DNA of 64,000 nt from Nymphaea colorata (lineage: Eukaryota): assembly GCF_008831285.2 (NCBI RefSeq), contig NC_045138.2, positions 25,234,001 through 25,298,000 on the forward strand. The letters run 5' to 3'. The notes beneath the pieces are model-generated. The model saw only the letters and a list, made by a program, of their open reading frames with translations, was not told where the DNA came from and ran no database searches. Position numbers and translations under genes: made by a program. Numbering within the stretch: the first letter of the stretch is position 1; every line of letters begins with the position of its first letter. Positions 32,427 through 45,800 of the stretch are shown piece after piece.

Positions 32427-32884
32427 ACCTCAAGCTTTTTTTGTTGAAAATTGGACGAGGGTGGCAGGTATCACTTACCATCCAATAAGGGGTAAAAATG
32501 ACTTTATTTTATTTTTATTTTTTTTTCAAAGATTACTTTAAATTGGAGGACCATATTTATAATTTAGTATTTAATTTAAGACTTTTTTTCAGGGCAGTTG
32601 TTTGTGAGTTTTCTAGGGAAGCTAGGGCCCATTGTTATATTTTCACAAGTTAGGCGCCCCTTTGTTATTCACTCAAACGTGGGGCCGTTCATGGTAATTT
32701 TTTTTTCTTGATGCAGTTGTTACTTGTTAGTGATATTTGAGAAAAGTGGGTGGCAATTTGAAAAATGAAAGAAGAAGAAAATTATTAAAGAGAGGAGAGG
32801 GGCATGACAAGTGACGCGAGGCTGCGCTGCCGTGCCATTGCTTTTTCCCTATAAAATAATGCCACGTATGAACGAGATGCTCGG

Positions 32885-32916
32885 GAGACGGAAACCCGTC
32901 CAGGTTCAATGAATCG
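32885..32916 (-). promoter_or_regulatory. Sulfur-response elements upstream of APR: UPE-box-like site (32898-32916) and SURE core GAGAC (32885-32889, + strand)
   Basis: The minus strand reads CGATTCATTGAACCTGGAC. This matches 18 of 19 positions of the UPE-box consensus as I recall it, AG(G/A)T(T/A)CATTGAA(T/C)CT(A/G)GAC. It lies 145 nt upstream of the APR ATG. Confidence 0.7.
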
Positions 32917-33060
32917 AAACTCGTGGCCTCCCCTCGCCCTTTCCCTCCCCCTGCTACAAATATCGGTCCCTCCTCCCCACCCTCTCCATTCGCGAGGCTT
33001 GGGAGAGTCCTAACGAGAAAAGGATTCTCAGGGGGAAAAAATTTTCCAATTTCTCCATCA

Positions 33061-35713
33061 ATGGCGTCTGTCGCTGCGTCCGCTCAAGTCTCCGGCTCTC
33101 TTTCCTCTTCCCATTCGATCCCCAAGGACCAGAGAGGTGAGGCACATCACTTCCGCTTCCCCTCCTTTTATATCCAGTTTCTCTTTATTCTCTTTCTTGT
33201 TTTGGGCCTTTTTTTGTTCTGTTTTGCTCTTCGGGTTTGTGGCTAACTCATCTGCGGGACATTTCGGCTTCTGTGTTTCATTCAGGAGCGGGGTTGTTGC
33301 AGAGAGTTTGCTTTCCGGCGACCTCGACCCACGGGCGGAAAGATGTCGCACCTCTGAAGAGTGGGTTCTCCGTCCGGACGGCGTCGCCCGCCGTCGAATT
33401 CCCTGGTACGTTCGCTTTCTTGACGGGAATTTAGCGCTTGGTTCTTGGGGTTGTCTGACTCATCTCGGTGGGGCGAGGAATGGTGGGGTTATGCATGGGG
33501 GGCTAATGGAGATGCCATTTTCTGTTGGGAATAACGCTGAACTTAATATAACGGTATCCCTTTTGGGGGTTTGATTTTTCCAGCGGTGGAGAGGAAGAAG
33601 AAAGAGGAAAAGGTGGAGGAGGGGGCTGGCTTTGTTGTAGAAGAAGACTACGAGAAGTTGGCGGAGGAGCTCCAGAATGCATCGCCTTTGGAGATAATTG
33701 ACAACGCCCTGGCCCGGTTCGGCAACGATATAGCCATTGCTTTCAGGTAGGCTCGAACGGCCATGGTTATCCTCCTCTTTTACTGCCTATTCTTCTGTGA
33801 GGTGTTCGTTTTCTTAATTGCCAATTTGTGCTGTTGACGACCCGTTATTTGTGACGAAGATGGTGATACGTGCAGCTATTTTTGTTTGAATGACTTGTGG
33901 CTGGTGGATAAGAGGGATCCACCACTGGATTAGTCTAGGAGACTCGGCACGAGTCGTTCCATGAAGGGGTTTTTTTTCGTCCGGCTCGCTTCACCTGGGC
34001 CAAGTTGCGTGCCTTGAAGCCTTAAGAACCATTTTAGAATCAGTTGATTGGGTGCGGTGGTGGGGTCATCGTGGTATGGTCCTTCTGTGCCAACCATGGA
34101 AGATGATGGTAGATTCTGTTTTATAACAGAATATTCTAAAGACTCCACTTGATCGTTGGATGAATCCCAGTCCCTTCGCCCCCAGATCGAACGTTCACTA
34201 CGAGACCGAACCGTTGCTTTTTTGTCTTCCTCTCAGAATTGTTTGATATCAGAAAATCCGCTTCCTTTTTATCAAAATTCGCTTCCCCGCTTTGAATTCG
34301 TTCGTTACTTTTGTTTTCTTCCGGGTCGTGTATCGTTTCCCGTATGCGTTACGCTTTGCTGGTAACTGCGGTTTGAACCTTGAACTTAGATTCTTGGCCA
34401 GAATCTCACGTCTTTATTTCTTTGCTGTGCAGTGGAGCTGAGGATGTAGCACTAATCGAATACGCACGGCTCACCGGCAGGCCGTTCCGGGTGTTCAGTC
34501 TAGATACAGGAAGGTTGAACCCCGAGACTTATCAGTTTTTTGATGTGGTGGAGAAGCACTATGGCATCCACATAGAGTACATGTTCCCTGATTCTGTTGA
34601 GGTTCAAGCTTTGGTTCGAACCAAGGGCTTGTTCTCCTTCTATGAAGATGGGCACCAGGAGTGCTGCAGGGTGAGAAAGGTGCGCCCCCTCCGGCGAGCT
34701 CTCAAAGGGCTAAGGGCATGGATCACCGGACAGCGCAAAGATCAGTCACCGGGCACCAGGGCTCACATTCCTGTGGTTCAAGTCGACCCTTCTTTTGAAG
34801 GGTTGGATGGTGGTGCTGGCAGCCTGATCAAGTGGAATCCTGTGGCTAATGTTAATGGTGTTGATATGTGGAATTTTCTCCGGGCCATGAACGTGCCAGT
34901 GAATTCCTTGCACTCTCAGGTAATCGTCTGGAATTGATCATAGATTATCTTGGACGGTTCATATTTATCGTAGTTTCTATGAGTCCATTGAACGCTCTGC
35001 ATAGTTGTTGACTGATTGCAATTCTTTTGCTATATAACTGTTGCGGCTAAGACATGTTGAGGTGATTGTTTTGAACAGGGTTATGTCTCTATTGGTTGTG
35101 AGCCTTGCACAAGGCCTGTGTTACCGGGTCAACACGAGCGAGAAGGCCGCTGGTGGTGGGAGGATGCAAAGGCGAAGGAGTGCGGCCTTCACAAGGGAAA
35201 CATCCAGCAGGAGGTCGAAGGAAATGGGAGCGCCGCCACGAATGGTTCTGCTGCCCCATCAGACATTTTCAACAGCAAGAGCGTGGTGAGCCTCAGCCGT
35301 GTTGGAATTGAGAATCTGATGAAGGTGGAGAACCGGAGGGAGCCATGGCTGGTTGTCCTTTATGCTCCATGGTGCCGCTTTTGCCAAGTAAGCAAAGTTG
35401 ATGTCCAAAATGTAAACCAGCCATATCTGGAATCTCTTTAAGTTCTTTACACTAAAGCAATTTTCATTTTTCTCAGGCCATGGAAGGTTCTTTCGTGGAG
35501 CTGGCAGAGAAATTGGAGGGCATGTCTTCTGGTGTCAAAGTGGGGAAATTCAGAGCAGATGGGGAGCAGAAGGAGTTCTCGAAGGAGCAGCTTCAGTTGG
35601 GTAGCTTCCCCACGATCCTGTTCTTCCCTAAGCATTCATCCACACCCATCAAATACCCCTCAGAGAAACGGGATGTCGACTCATTGCTAGCATTCGTGAA
35701 AGCCCTCCAATAG
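33061..35713 (+). CDS. APR: 5'-adenylylsulfate (APS) reductase, chloroplastic, with a C-terminal thioredoxin/glutaredoxin-like domain, 6 exons, about 463 aa
   Basis: Exons are 33061-33136, 33286-33405, 33584-33746, 34433-34919, 35079-35387 and 35477-35713 (1392 nt, in frame). Motifs include IAIAFSGAEDV, SLDTGRL, the Fe-S ligands ECCRVRK and GCEPCT, GRWWWED..KECGLH and YAPWCRFCQ. The N-terminus is a Ser/Ala-rich transit peptide. Confidence 0.96.
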
Positions 35714-37000
35714 GCTTTTGCTGGAAGAGAAAAGGAAGAAAATATCCGACACTGAAGCATATAAGTGGGGCATGGGGCGTTTGAGCTCTTCGCGCTGTTG
35801 CCCTGCCTTACGAGGACAATGCGTGGTCGTTTCACTTTCGGTAGTGCAACGCGGGCAGTGATAGTCCTCTAAATTGAACAGATGCTGGTTAATGCACTTG
35901 AGACGGTGTATATAATTTTGTGTTGTTTCTCCGTTCCTCATTGCAGGGAGTTCCCCTTCTACTTCAGATTTATGTAGCTTTATTCATCTATGATATGAAA
36001 TTGGAAGGCTTGTTTTCTGTTATCTTAAACATATATAGTGTGCGGGGTTCTGCTTGTCATGATCTCGAGCGCGGTTCTGCTTCGCATACCATAAGCCCGT
36101 TACTGTTGTTCTGCCAACCTAAGTACTCAGAGCGATGTGTTACCAATGAATACAATTATTGGCAGGAGAATAGACGTCTCATCAGACGGGCGCGCACATA
36201 CAAGTTGAAATGAAAAAGAACCACCAAATATTGCGATAACAGTAATAGCGTCGATGTTGATGGTGGTAATGACATCGATGACGACAGAGAGATGAAAGCG
36301 AGTTCTTTTTCATGAGCCTTAAAATTGTGCGATTCAGGCACCCGCGCTCATTGTTCATTGGTCTTTTGTCGTGGAGAAGGTACGGCCAATGCTACAGGAC
36401 ATTGTTCATCGTTTCTATTGTTCTTTAAGTGGTTGCCATCCCATTAATAAGGCAAGCACTGAAGATCGCCTCTCTCATTTACACTTGCTACTTGTGCAAC
36501 ACATTTTCGCAGGTCTGTAATCTTGACACAAATGAAAGCACATTTTTGTATCAAATGCCAGATACTGAATCTGGTTTTGTAATAGCCATACCGACAACCT
36601 TCTGATAGAGCATGAAATTGTTGCAGGGTTGAACTTGATGTCTTCTGCTTTATTTTCTTCTTTTCTGGGTGAGATTGCAGCAAGGGCGCCTCTTCACTTT
36701 CAATTCATGAAACTGTCAAACTTTGAGACCAAAGACCCCCTCCTCCGGAGAAGAAAGTCAATCGTTCTATTCGACATCTTCTAGATACTGAAAACACTAG
36801 CGTGTTGGATTATCATGCTGACCATTGATTATCATCCAAAAAATGGTGAACTTGTTTCGCAAGAAAGGGGAAAGTTAGCTCTCAAAATAAGATTTTAAGG
36901 AATTGGTACAATCAAAGGAGAAGGAAATAACGAAACAGAAATAAAAGCTTGTTTTGCCGACAAGACTTCGTTTCACTTGGCTAGTGAGTCCAAACTTCTA

Positions 37001-37219
37001 GGGCACGTTTGATCCCCAAGCATTTTACAGTAGATGGTGCACTAAAATTCAAAATTTTGAAATAGGTTCTGGTTCCATCAAACGGTGGATGGAATTTGTA
37101 CCCGTTCACACAACGGCAATGGAGAATCAGGGATAACAGTTCACATTCCAAATATTCTGGGACTGAAGTTCCTGGAAACTTCATTTCTATTCTATATTCC
37201 AAGGGATCAAACGTTATAC
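37001..37219. mobile_element. Tourist-like MITE
   Basis: The inverted ends ACGTTTGATCCC (37005-37016) and GGGATCAAACGT (37203-37214) are exact reverse complements. Confidence 0.55.
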
Positions 37220-37863
37220 TTGGTAAATCGTTGTCAAGGATTTAGTATCAAGGTGCTACTTTAAGCATAACGGGAATTGACAAAGTGAGTGCCCACTGAA
37301 CCAAAACTTGCCATTCAAGAAAAAAGGTACATAAATAACTATGAGACATAGACTTGTCAGACATCAAGATAAAGATTGAATTGGATGACTAATTCAATTT
37401 TTATAATTATAAACACTTTTCTTAAGCCAACAATGGCTTCTCACCTGGCTAGAGAGTGGACGGAAGAGACTTTCAGTTGAAAAAGTTGCCCGGTTTAATA
37501 TATGTTTTGCAATAAACCCCAAAAAAAAACTGTCCGTCTCTGTATGGTTTTTCTTTCTAATGCTAGCTTTTATTTTTCAAGTTTTTGCCATGCATTTAGC
37601 AAACCATATGTTTTAAAACCCCTAGATTAGGGAGGCCACTCATCAGAATCTATCAACAAAACCATGGGTGTAAACTACAAATCGATCAGAATGAAGAGAG
37701 GTCACACTTTTAGCCATGGAGACGGAACAAAGCTAACAGCGCAAAGAAGAGGAGAAAAAAAAAACGAGGAAGGGGAAGAAGAGGACTGCATTTTTTTGCA
37801 CATCATACAACATCAAATGAATAAATAAATAAATAAATCAGGCAAAAAATGCTACATTGATTT

Positions 37864-40800
37864 CTAATAATTCACAAATACAAATGCCATACAAAATACC
37901 AACAAAACGTTGACAATGTTGAGACCATGGTTTTCCATCTCTCCCAGTCTGGAAGCCTTGCTTGGTCCGGTAACATTGTTGGACTTCACAGAGTTATTGA
38001 CAGGCTTCATACTACAACAAGCAAACATACAACTTAGAGAAAAACAAACTTATACGGAAGCATAAACCTAAGTGTGTGTGGGCGTGCCTTCACAGAACAA
38101 GTCTTTGTGTGTCACTTTTTTAAAATTTTCTTGCAAGATTACTTGTGTGATGAAAAAGCTACATGAATGTACCGAAGACCAGAACAAATCAATCCAGGAG
38201 TTTGCACTATGAAGATCTCAGATTTAGGATCCAGATTTATTCAATAATATACATGTTCTCATGATGTATGAACAAAATCCTAGCAGACCAATGGTGTGTG
38301 TACCAATAAGTTATTGAAACTTCACAATTAACATATAGAAAGTGTTTTGCATGTCTTGCATCTCAAATCCAATTACCTTTTCTCCAACCTCCCCTTTTCA
38401 CATTTAAATCCATGCTCTTCCCTTTTTTCAGACACAAAAATCAAGGCTCTTATAAGCATCTTGGATCAAAGATCCCTTCACCTTGTTTCTAACAAGAGGA
38501 AGGATCTTATAACCAGTGCCCGAGATCAAGCATCCAAAATTTGATCTTGCTCAGCATTGAAACCCTTAAGCACACAAGGTGATCTAATTTAAACTTGTCC
38601 TTAGACTGGGCTCTAGCCTAAATAAAAGAAATTAAAGGCAAAGCTTCATACCAAAGCCTAGGTACAAATCAAACAAGGGATCTGAAATTAAGAACTAACT
38701 TTTGTCAGATTCAAGAACGCTGACAAAGAATTTGATTCGAGCCACTAATCAATGTAAGCATGAAGAAGTGTAATTCATAAGTCTAACTAAAGTGTAATAT
38801 GAGATAATTCAATAACCTTGAAACTTAGTGTGAAGCTCCTGGAATACGAAACCCAACTTCCCAATTTACACCTTCAAAGAGGCGTTCAATAACCCAAATC
38901 TGATAATGAACCCTTAAATTAGGATCAGAGCCTCTGTGACATCTGATCTTACAGTAGACGTCCACATTAAACTAAAACTTGAGGACCTTAGATTAGACTC
39001 TATGTTAAGCTAAAACGTAAGATTGCAGACTTCTGCCGGAAAATCTAGGGGCACCATAAGCAAGTAGTATCTCGGATTCAGTTTTTTCTTCTCTTTTTTT
39101 TTTTTGCTGTTTAGGCATAACCAAGAGAGGTAGACTGGTAGAAATCACTCAATCAGGCCCCTTCCGGGTTTAACCAGAGATCCTCGGGTCCAATAATGGA
39201 GCAGATCCAAGGGAACCAAACAAGCCTATTTAAGAGTTTGATCCAAAGATCCATTTTTAGGATTGACTAACTTTCAAGCCACTCAATCCCCGAAAACAAT
39301 CACGTTCCTCTGGTTCGATGAGTGGAAAAAAGGGAAATGGGAGAAATAACATGTCAAATCAACAGTTACCCCTAACCTTTGCAAAGTAAATGGAAACAGG
39401 AAAAGCGATAGATGCCGTAAAGACCAGCACAGCACAATAATTCATTTTCGAAGGACACCTTTTCGTGCCACAGCAGACAGAAAACATGGGGGCTGGTTTC
39501 CCTTTAGGCCGTAAGAACACTTGGATGGAATGGCCTACTCTACCACACCAAAGACCAAAGGGTGAAAATTCACACAGTAGAAAGGGAGTTTAGACAGTGA
39601 TCAGAAAAGTTGCCTAAGTGACAGTGGCAATATATATATATATATATATATATCAGCAATCTTATCAGAATCTTTAAAGCTACACATGAACACCTGATAA
39701 ATGATATACTAAAGCTGAATAGACCACTACGCCATGATTATCATCTAGCAGTGTGGCAGCAAAGATTGGGAAATTTTATCATCCCAAAAGGCCAAGACTC
39801 CGTGTAACTCACCATGTTGAATATGCTGCACCCAGTCGTGCATGATCACATGTCATTAGCACCCTATCATGTATTAATCTCACTACTTTTAGCACTTCTC
39901 GGAGATGTACTGCGATTTACAAAGCTTGTCTGGCAGAAAAAGTGTAACCCAAACAAGCCCAGTTGAGAGCCATCTAACGTAGTTCTCAAGAGTTTCAAGG
40001 ACCTAGAATACATGAAAAAACTTGAATCATGGGCAGAACCACATGTGGGCATGTGGAGGCAATTTGCCCACACAGTCCAATAAAATCCGTTATTTTTATA
40101 TTGGTAACCCCAAAGTTTTGCATATTTACATATAAAAAGTCACTCAGATATACAGGGAGTGCCCCTCAGCCATATGGCTCTGCCATTGACCTGAATACAG
40201 CCCTCGTTCGTATCCCTGGTTAGGCAAGACTCAACATGCCCACAAGAACTAAACGGGTTGGGATTAGAGACACACTCAAGACATGACAAAGAAGCTTCTT
40301 CACCCCGAGTTTAATCCCACATGTTAGTGCCCATACAAGTTTGATCTTGAGGGGGCTGCCATCATCTAAAAATAGATAAGTCACAACCAGTGTCACCGAA
40401 ATCAGATCTTGTACCCATACGCCAACTCCGCAGATCAGATAAATCTTAACTGAGTACTGTATATTTTTATCAAAAATGGATATTTATATATATATATAAA
40501 TAAAAAGTCATAAATTATTTTTAAAATAGCAAAAAAAGACACGTGACACCACGCTATCAGCCACTGAATGGATCGGCTTGCCACCAAGTTGGGTCAAATC
40601 GGCCGACTCAACCCGATTTCTATAAAGCTGGACAAAACAGTTGGGACGAAAAAGAACCTCCTTTTTGTTAAAAGAAAGCTAACACACCAGATCTATAAAC
40701 TGAGCAAATAAAGCAGATCCAAGCAAAACATGGCCACTGGCAAGCCAATGGTACTGTCGGCCGCAACTACACGGTGAAAGTTATTTAACCATTTAACCCG

Positions 40801-42863
40801 TCGAAAAGAATTAGATGTGGAAGTACTTCTGGTATAGTAATGTCACGCTCCTACTTTTTGTATATAGGCTTAACAGATAAACATGCTTTGTTTGCTTCCT
40901 ATCACGTTGGCGCCCTTAATTAAGGTCCCCAAGTAAAACAAAGTCCAGTTAAAGTTGCATCTTATTTATTGTTTAAAGCATGATAGATCCCATTTAGTAG
41001 ACCCCATGATACGCCATGTTCATATTCTAAACCAAATTAAAGAATGCATCGTTACGCTACCTAAATCTTTAAATCATTAGAAACGACCAAGAATCAAGCT
41101 CAATAAGCAATTAAAATAATTTAAAGAAATTATATTTGACAAAGATCGAAATCTTCTCACCTTCCCGGGAAAACACAAGCACCGCTACCTGCAATTGGAA
41201 CAGACCAAACCAGAAATGAGCCCCGAAATCAATCGAAACAAACAACAACATTTTCAAGCAAAAGATGGAAACCCAACATAGCAAAGATCATCCACCATGA
41301 ATCATGAACAAAAAAAATCAAAAAGCAACTTAGGTTATTGAGCAGCAAGAAAAGACACCAACAAAAGGAATTCAGGCTAAGAGAAGAGACTCACTTGGGT
41401 CAGTGGTAGAGATAATGGCGACACCATTGAAATCACAGGAACCAGAGACTCTCCCTTCCTTCTGGTAATAGCTATCAAACGCATAAGATGCGTGGTGCTT
41501 CACCGTGTTCGGATCATAGCACACTTCTCCCGGCTGAATCGCCGAGCAATTCGCGTGTCCCGGCCCGCAAGCCCAGTCAAGAGCTGCCTGCAGCAACTTA
41601 GTGTCTGCTCCATCCATGGACACGCAGAACGTCTTATTGGTGGTGTCATTGGCCATGAAAGCCCCACTTCCAGAGACGTGCAAAAGGTACACCGGCGTGC
41701 CGTTCCCGTAGAACAAACCCCAATTCGCCTCGGAAGCAGGGCTGGTTCTCAGATCTTCGTTCATCAGTTCATAGATGTAGACGCTCGGAGTCACCTCCGG
41801 CCGCTTTGGCGTCCCGCTCTTGTCGAGTATGTGCTTGATGAGGTTGGAGTTGTAGGCGTCGGCGTTGTCGATTGTAGCGTAGGGCTCCTGCTTGGGATCC
41901 CCTTTCGAAGGCCACCCTGTTTCTGTGATTAAGATAGGCACATCCGAGAAATTGAGGTTCTCCATCGAGACATACGCGGAATCGATCATGGCGTCGAGGA
42001 CGTTGGTGTAGTGAAGCAAAGTATTGGGATCAACCTCCTCTTTCGTGGGACTGATTGGCCGGAACAGAGCATTGTCAAGGGGAACCACACCTTTGTTTTG
42101 CATAAAGACATAGTAGGGATAGAGATTGAGCATCAATGGCGAGCCGGTTCTGCGGAGGAAGGACAAAAGGGGGAGGAGATATTGCTCAAGGGTATGATTG
42201 AAGAAGGCCTGAGAAGGGGAAAGGGGTCGATGATGATGTCTGCCGGGTGGGGAGTAGATACCTTGACGACGGAATCGAGGTTGGAGGCGACGAGGGCATT
42301 GTGGAGGGACTCGATGGCAGGGAGGAGGAGAGGGGAGGCGGAGGAGAGAGTGGTGAGGACCTCGTCACCGACGGCGATGGCGACGATGGCGGTGTCGGGA
42401 TAGAAGGAGGCGATGTTGGTCTTGACCCAAGCGGCGGCGGAGGCATTGGAGGAGCCGATGCCCAGCAGTTGGTTGTTGGGGATGCCAACGATGACCCTAA
42501 TCTTCGTCCTGGAGAGGGCGCGGAGGAGGTCGGGATCGGCGTCGTAGAGGCGGACGTGGGTGATCTGCTGAACCTTCAGGAGGGACACCAGCTCCGTCGG
42601 CGAGAGCATGGAAGACACGTCCGTTCCTATGTTCACCCCCACATAGGGCTCTTCCTTCACTACCACTCCCACCGCCACTGCCGCTACTGCTGCTCATGCG
42701 CCAAAATACATCAACAGAGAAGAAAAAAATGATTGTTTACCAATCTCACAAAGACAGAGAGAGAAAGAGAGAGAGGTCGGCTATGGAGTCTTGGGGGGTT
42801 GGGAAATGTACCTGAGAGGCAGAGGAGAGTGAGGAGGAGCTTGTTGCTTGCACTAGCATCCAT
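37864..42863 (-). CDS. Glucan endo-1,3-beta-glucosidase (GH17 + X8/CBM43 + GPI-anchor signal), about 507 aa if a 1-nt frameshift at 42216-42219 is corrected
   Basis: Exons on the minus strand are 42863-42812, about 42689-41395, 41188-41161 and 38011-37864. Motifs include a signal peptide, YVGVNIG, HVRLYDAD, IAVGDEV, LMLNLYPYY, ITETGWPSKG and IYELMNED. The X8 domain reads FCVS..LQAALDWACG..CDFNG, and the C-terminus is hydrophobic. The exon total is 1523 nt, one short of a multiple of 3, and the frame switches at DPFP. Confidence 0.88.
40388..40630. mobile_element. hAT-like MITE in glucanase intron 3
   Basis: The ends are CAGTGTCACCGAAATC and GATTTCTATAAAGCTG around an AT-rich core. The 8-bp flanks GTCACAAC and GACAAAAC match at 6 of 8 positions. 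Confidence 0.55.
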
Positions 42864-45800
42864 GGCAATGGTTTGGTGCTGCAGCTGCTGCTCCTCGCAT
42901 AGCTGTGGGTGGAAGTGGGGCGGGGGAGTGTGTACTATTCTTAGGAGTTTGAAGTGTGTTGGGGGCTGCAGTGTAGCGTGGAGATTGTGAAATTTAATAG
43001 TGGAGAGGGTGAATTGTTGGGAAGGGAGGAAGATTTTGGTCTGATTTTGGCTTATAATTTAATCACAGATACAATCATACAAAGGCTTGTTGGCAAAGGA
43101 AATGGCGTCATTCTTGCTTCCCCCCCCCCCCCCCTCCTTTTCAAGTGGCTGACGCATAAGATTGACCGGTTACGGCCTGCAATTACATTTTTCAGGCTAA
43201 TAATTCTTTTCTTTTTCAGAAAAATAAGTCTTTAGATCTCCCCATTGAAAAAATAAGTCTCACTTGAACATGAAGAAAGGCAGAATATGGTGGCATTATT
43301 TGACAAACTAAACTTCTTTCCATGGACAACGGATTTGGTAGAATGTGCAAGTATAGTTTTGTTTTTTCCTTTTCCTGATCAAACTTTAGAAGTGGGAAAA
43401 GAATCTTGAATAAAGTCAGAGTTCATTCAGCAGTCCACTGTATGGTAAATGCCGAGACAGATTACTGAATAAGGTTAGACTTGAAGCTGCAATGAAACGT
43501 GGTTTGAAGTTGTCAGAAGCAAACTCCAAACGTTATTGGAACTGTGTAGATTTAGGAAGAGGAACCAAAAAAAGAAAACTTTTTTGGTGAATGAAATTAC
43601 CTTTAACGCTTGTTCAAGAAGGGAAACAAAAATCAATCTCCCAAACCCAGGTGATTTAAGTACCCTCTTGGCCTGTGAGACACTAGAAACAAACGAAGTC
43701 CTCAAGGCATATACTTGATGCCCCTTGATCATCTTCTGTTGTTATTATAAGAAACCATCAAAAATACAGGTATGGTTCTGCAATTTTTTTTTTCGTAATT
43801 TTTTGCCTTTAAGAGAAGGAAAAAAGGAAATGGTAGGCAACTTTACAGACCTGGCAGCCGAGTGAAACAACAAACATGTTGCTGTCATGAATTGACAAAG
43901 CTGCCCCTAAATGGAGAATAGATGGTGTGGTATCTGCAGAGGGAAGAAGACGAATCTTTCTGGAATTTGCTGTATCTCGAAAGGACACCGGTTTCCCTGA
44001 AAGACAGGGGTTGCCTCTCACGGGTGTGAAGCTGTCAATGGAGGCTCCACAGCTCAATCCCTCCAGTTGTCATTCTGGTACCTGCTGCACTCTGCATCTC
44101 GCAGCCTGCAGAAGTGATCTCGGATGAATGGTAGGCCTGCTTTGGTCATTTCCTGCAAATCCAAAGATTTCCACCTTGTAGCCCGAAGGACAAAATCTTC
44201 TGTTCTCTTCCATTCACGTGCATACAGTGTGATAGAAAGACGGCAAATTTAACTTTGTATTTCGTGAAAAGAGCCTCAACTTTTGCCGAGATGAATCTCT
44301 TCGCTTAAACATTTTGAATTTCGAAAGATGAAGCTGCCAACTTGAGCTATGATCTCAGGGTTGCAGAGAGTTCTGTCGCTGGAGTTTTGTACTAGAGATT
44401 AATTTGCTGCTCATTTCGCCATTTGATGTTACTTTACTCGGCTACAGTAGCTTCTCATTTTTGAATGAGCAGGAGATTTAACAGCCTATCATCTAAAGGA
44501 AAAAAAAAAAACATCTCTCATTCTTTTATCCTCAAAGGCTATGGTGCACACTTCAGGAGTGTCAGGCTACCACCATTTAGGATTTCAAAGGAATAGCACA
44601 TATGAGAATGACAATGCGCTTTTAATAGACTGCCTGCTTGACTATGTTATGCCCAATGAAATCACAGGAGCTCTTCCTATTGCCGCTTATAAATTGAATG
44701 TACTGGTTCAAGTTGTTGAACACCTCTGTCAATCAATCATCAGCTACTTGCGTATCTGAAATTGTGTATTTATGCAGACTACATGAGCTGAGTGGAGGAG
44801 GTTAGTAGGCAGACTAAAATATATAGAATAGAGGAAACATCGTCTTTATTGGTGACGGCGGTAGAGGTTTCTTAGAAGATTATCAAATATATATAGTCTC
44901 CCATTTTTTGCAAATATGAAATGGCTTACGCTCCCTCCGCGACTCCACAGCCTTTAACTTTTTTTAGTATTTTATTTAAACGATCTTGCTGCAAATGTAG
45001 GCTGAGGTTTAAAAGCTAGACCATCGCATGTTGTTTGGTCAGATTCAGGCTCCCATTCTCGTTCAATTGAACTTACATCCAAAATAATGAAGTGAACTTT
45101 CAATTTTCACTGGCTGCCAGATTTGTGTTGACAAGTAGAATATGAACAAGGGGAGCGAGCTTGGGCGCACGATCTTACACTATAGCCTACACTAAGAACG
45201 AGGCAGTAAGATGTTCTACCATTAGAAGCCAAACCAGAAAAAAAAAATGTATAATGGGACCAGTTATCATTTCCAAGGATTTCAGGGAATGCAATTAATG
45301 TCGTGAAAATATATATATACGCTTTCTTCTCTACTTTTAAAAAATTCGGGGAGCTCCTGTCCCGTCCAGCTGAGCTGGGTATCGGCGTGCTTTCCAAAAA
45401 AATGTCATGGAGAGCTAGCAGTCTGGTGACTCTGGTTTAGCCTCTGAAAATTAAATACATAACTAAAAGAAAGCTAGAAAAAATCAACCATGTGAAACGT
45501 CATATAATGCAATTATGTAAAAGCCTCTCACTTATTGCTATTGGACTTCATTCCATACATCTTGGTTTGAAGATCGTAATGTAAATTCCCCACACCAGTC
45601 TTCATATCAAACCTGATAAATTCAACGTATTGTTTAAAGTAGAAAAAAAAAATAAATGGTGACACCGGCTGTTCAGAGTCATTTAACTTAATGAGTAAAG
45701 TTGTGATGAACATTTTCATTATCTAGTATTAGTTCTTGTATTTTTCTCTTTTTTTTTGTTTTTTTATCCAATTATCCATTACTATAAATCAAATAACCCT

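Noticed and set aside
41492..42732. Long plus-strand ORFs (146, 130 and 161 aa) overlapping the glucanase
   Set aside because: These are antisense shadows of GC-rich coding sequence with no recognisable motifs.
43809..44160. Short ORFs and a possible CAG|...|GT exon-like segment upstream of the glucanase
   Set aside because: No recognisable protein and no consistent multi-exon structure could be built.
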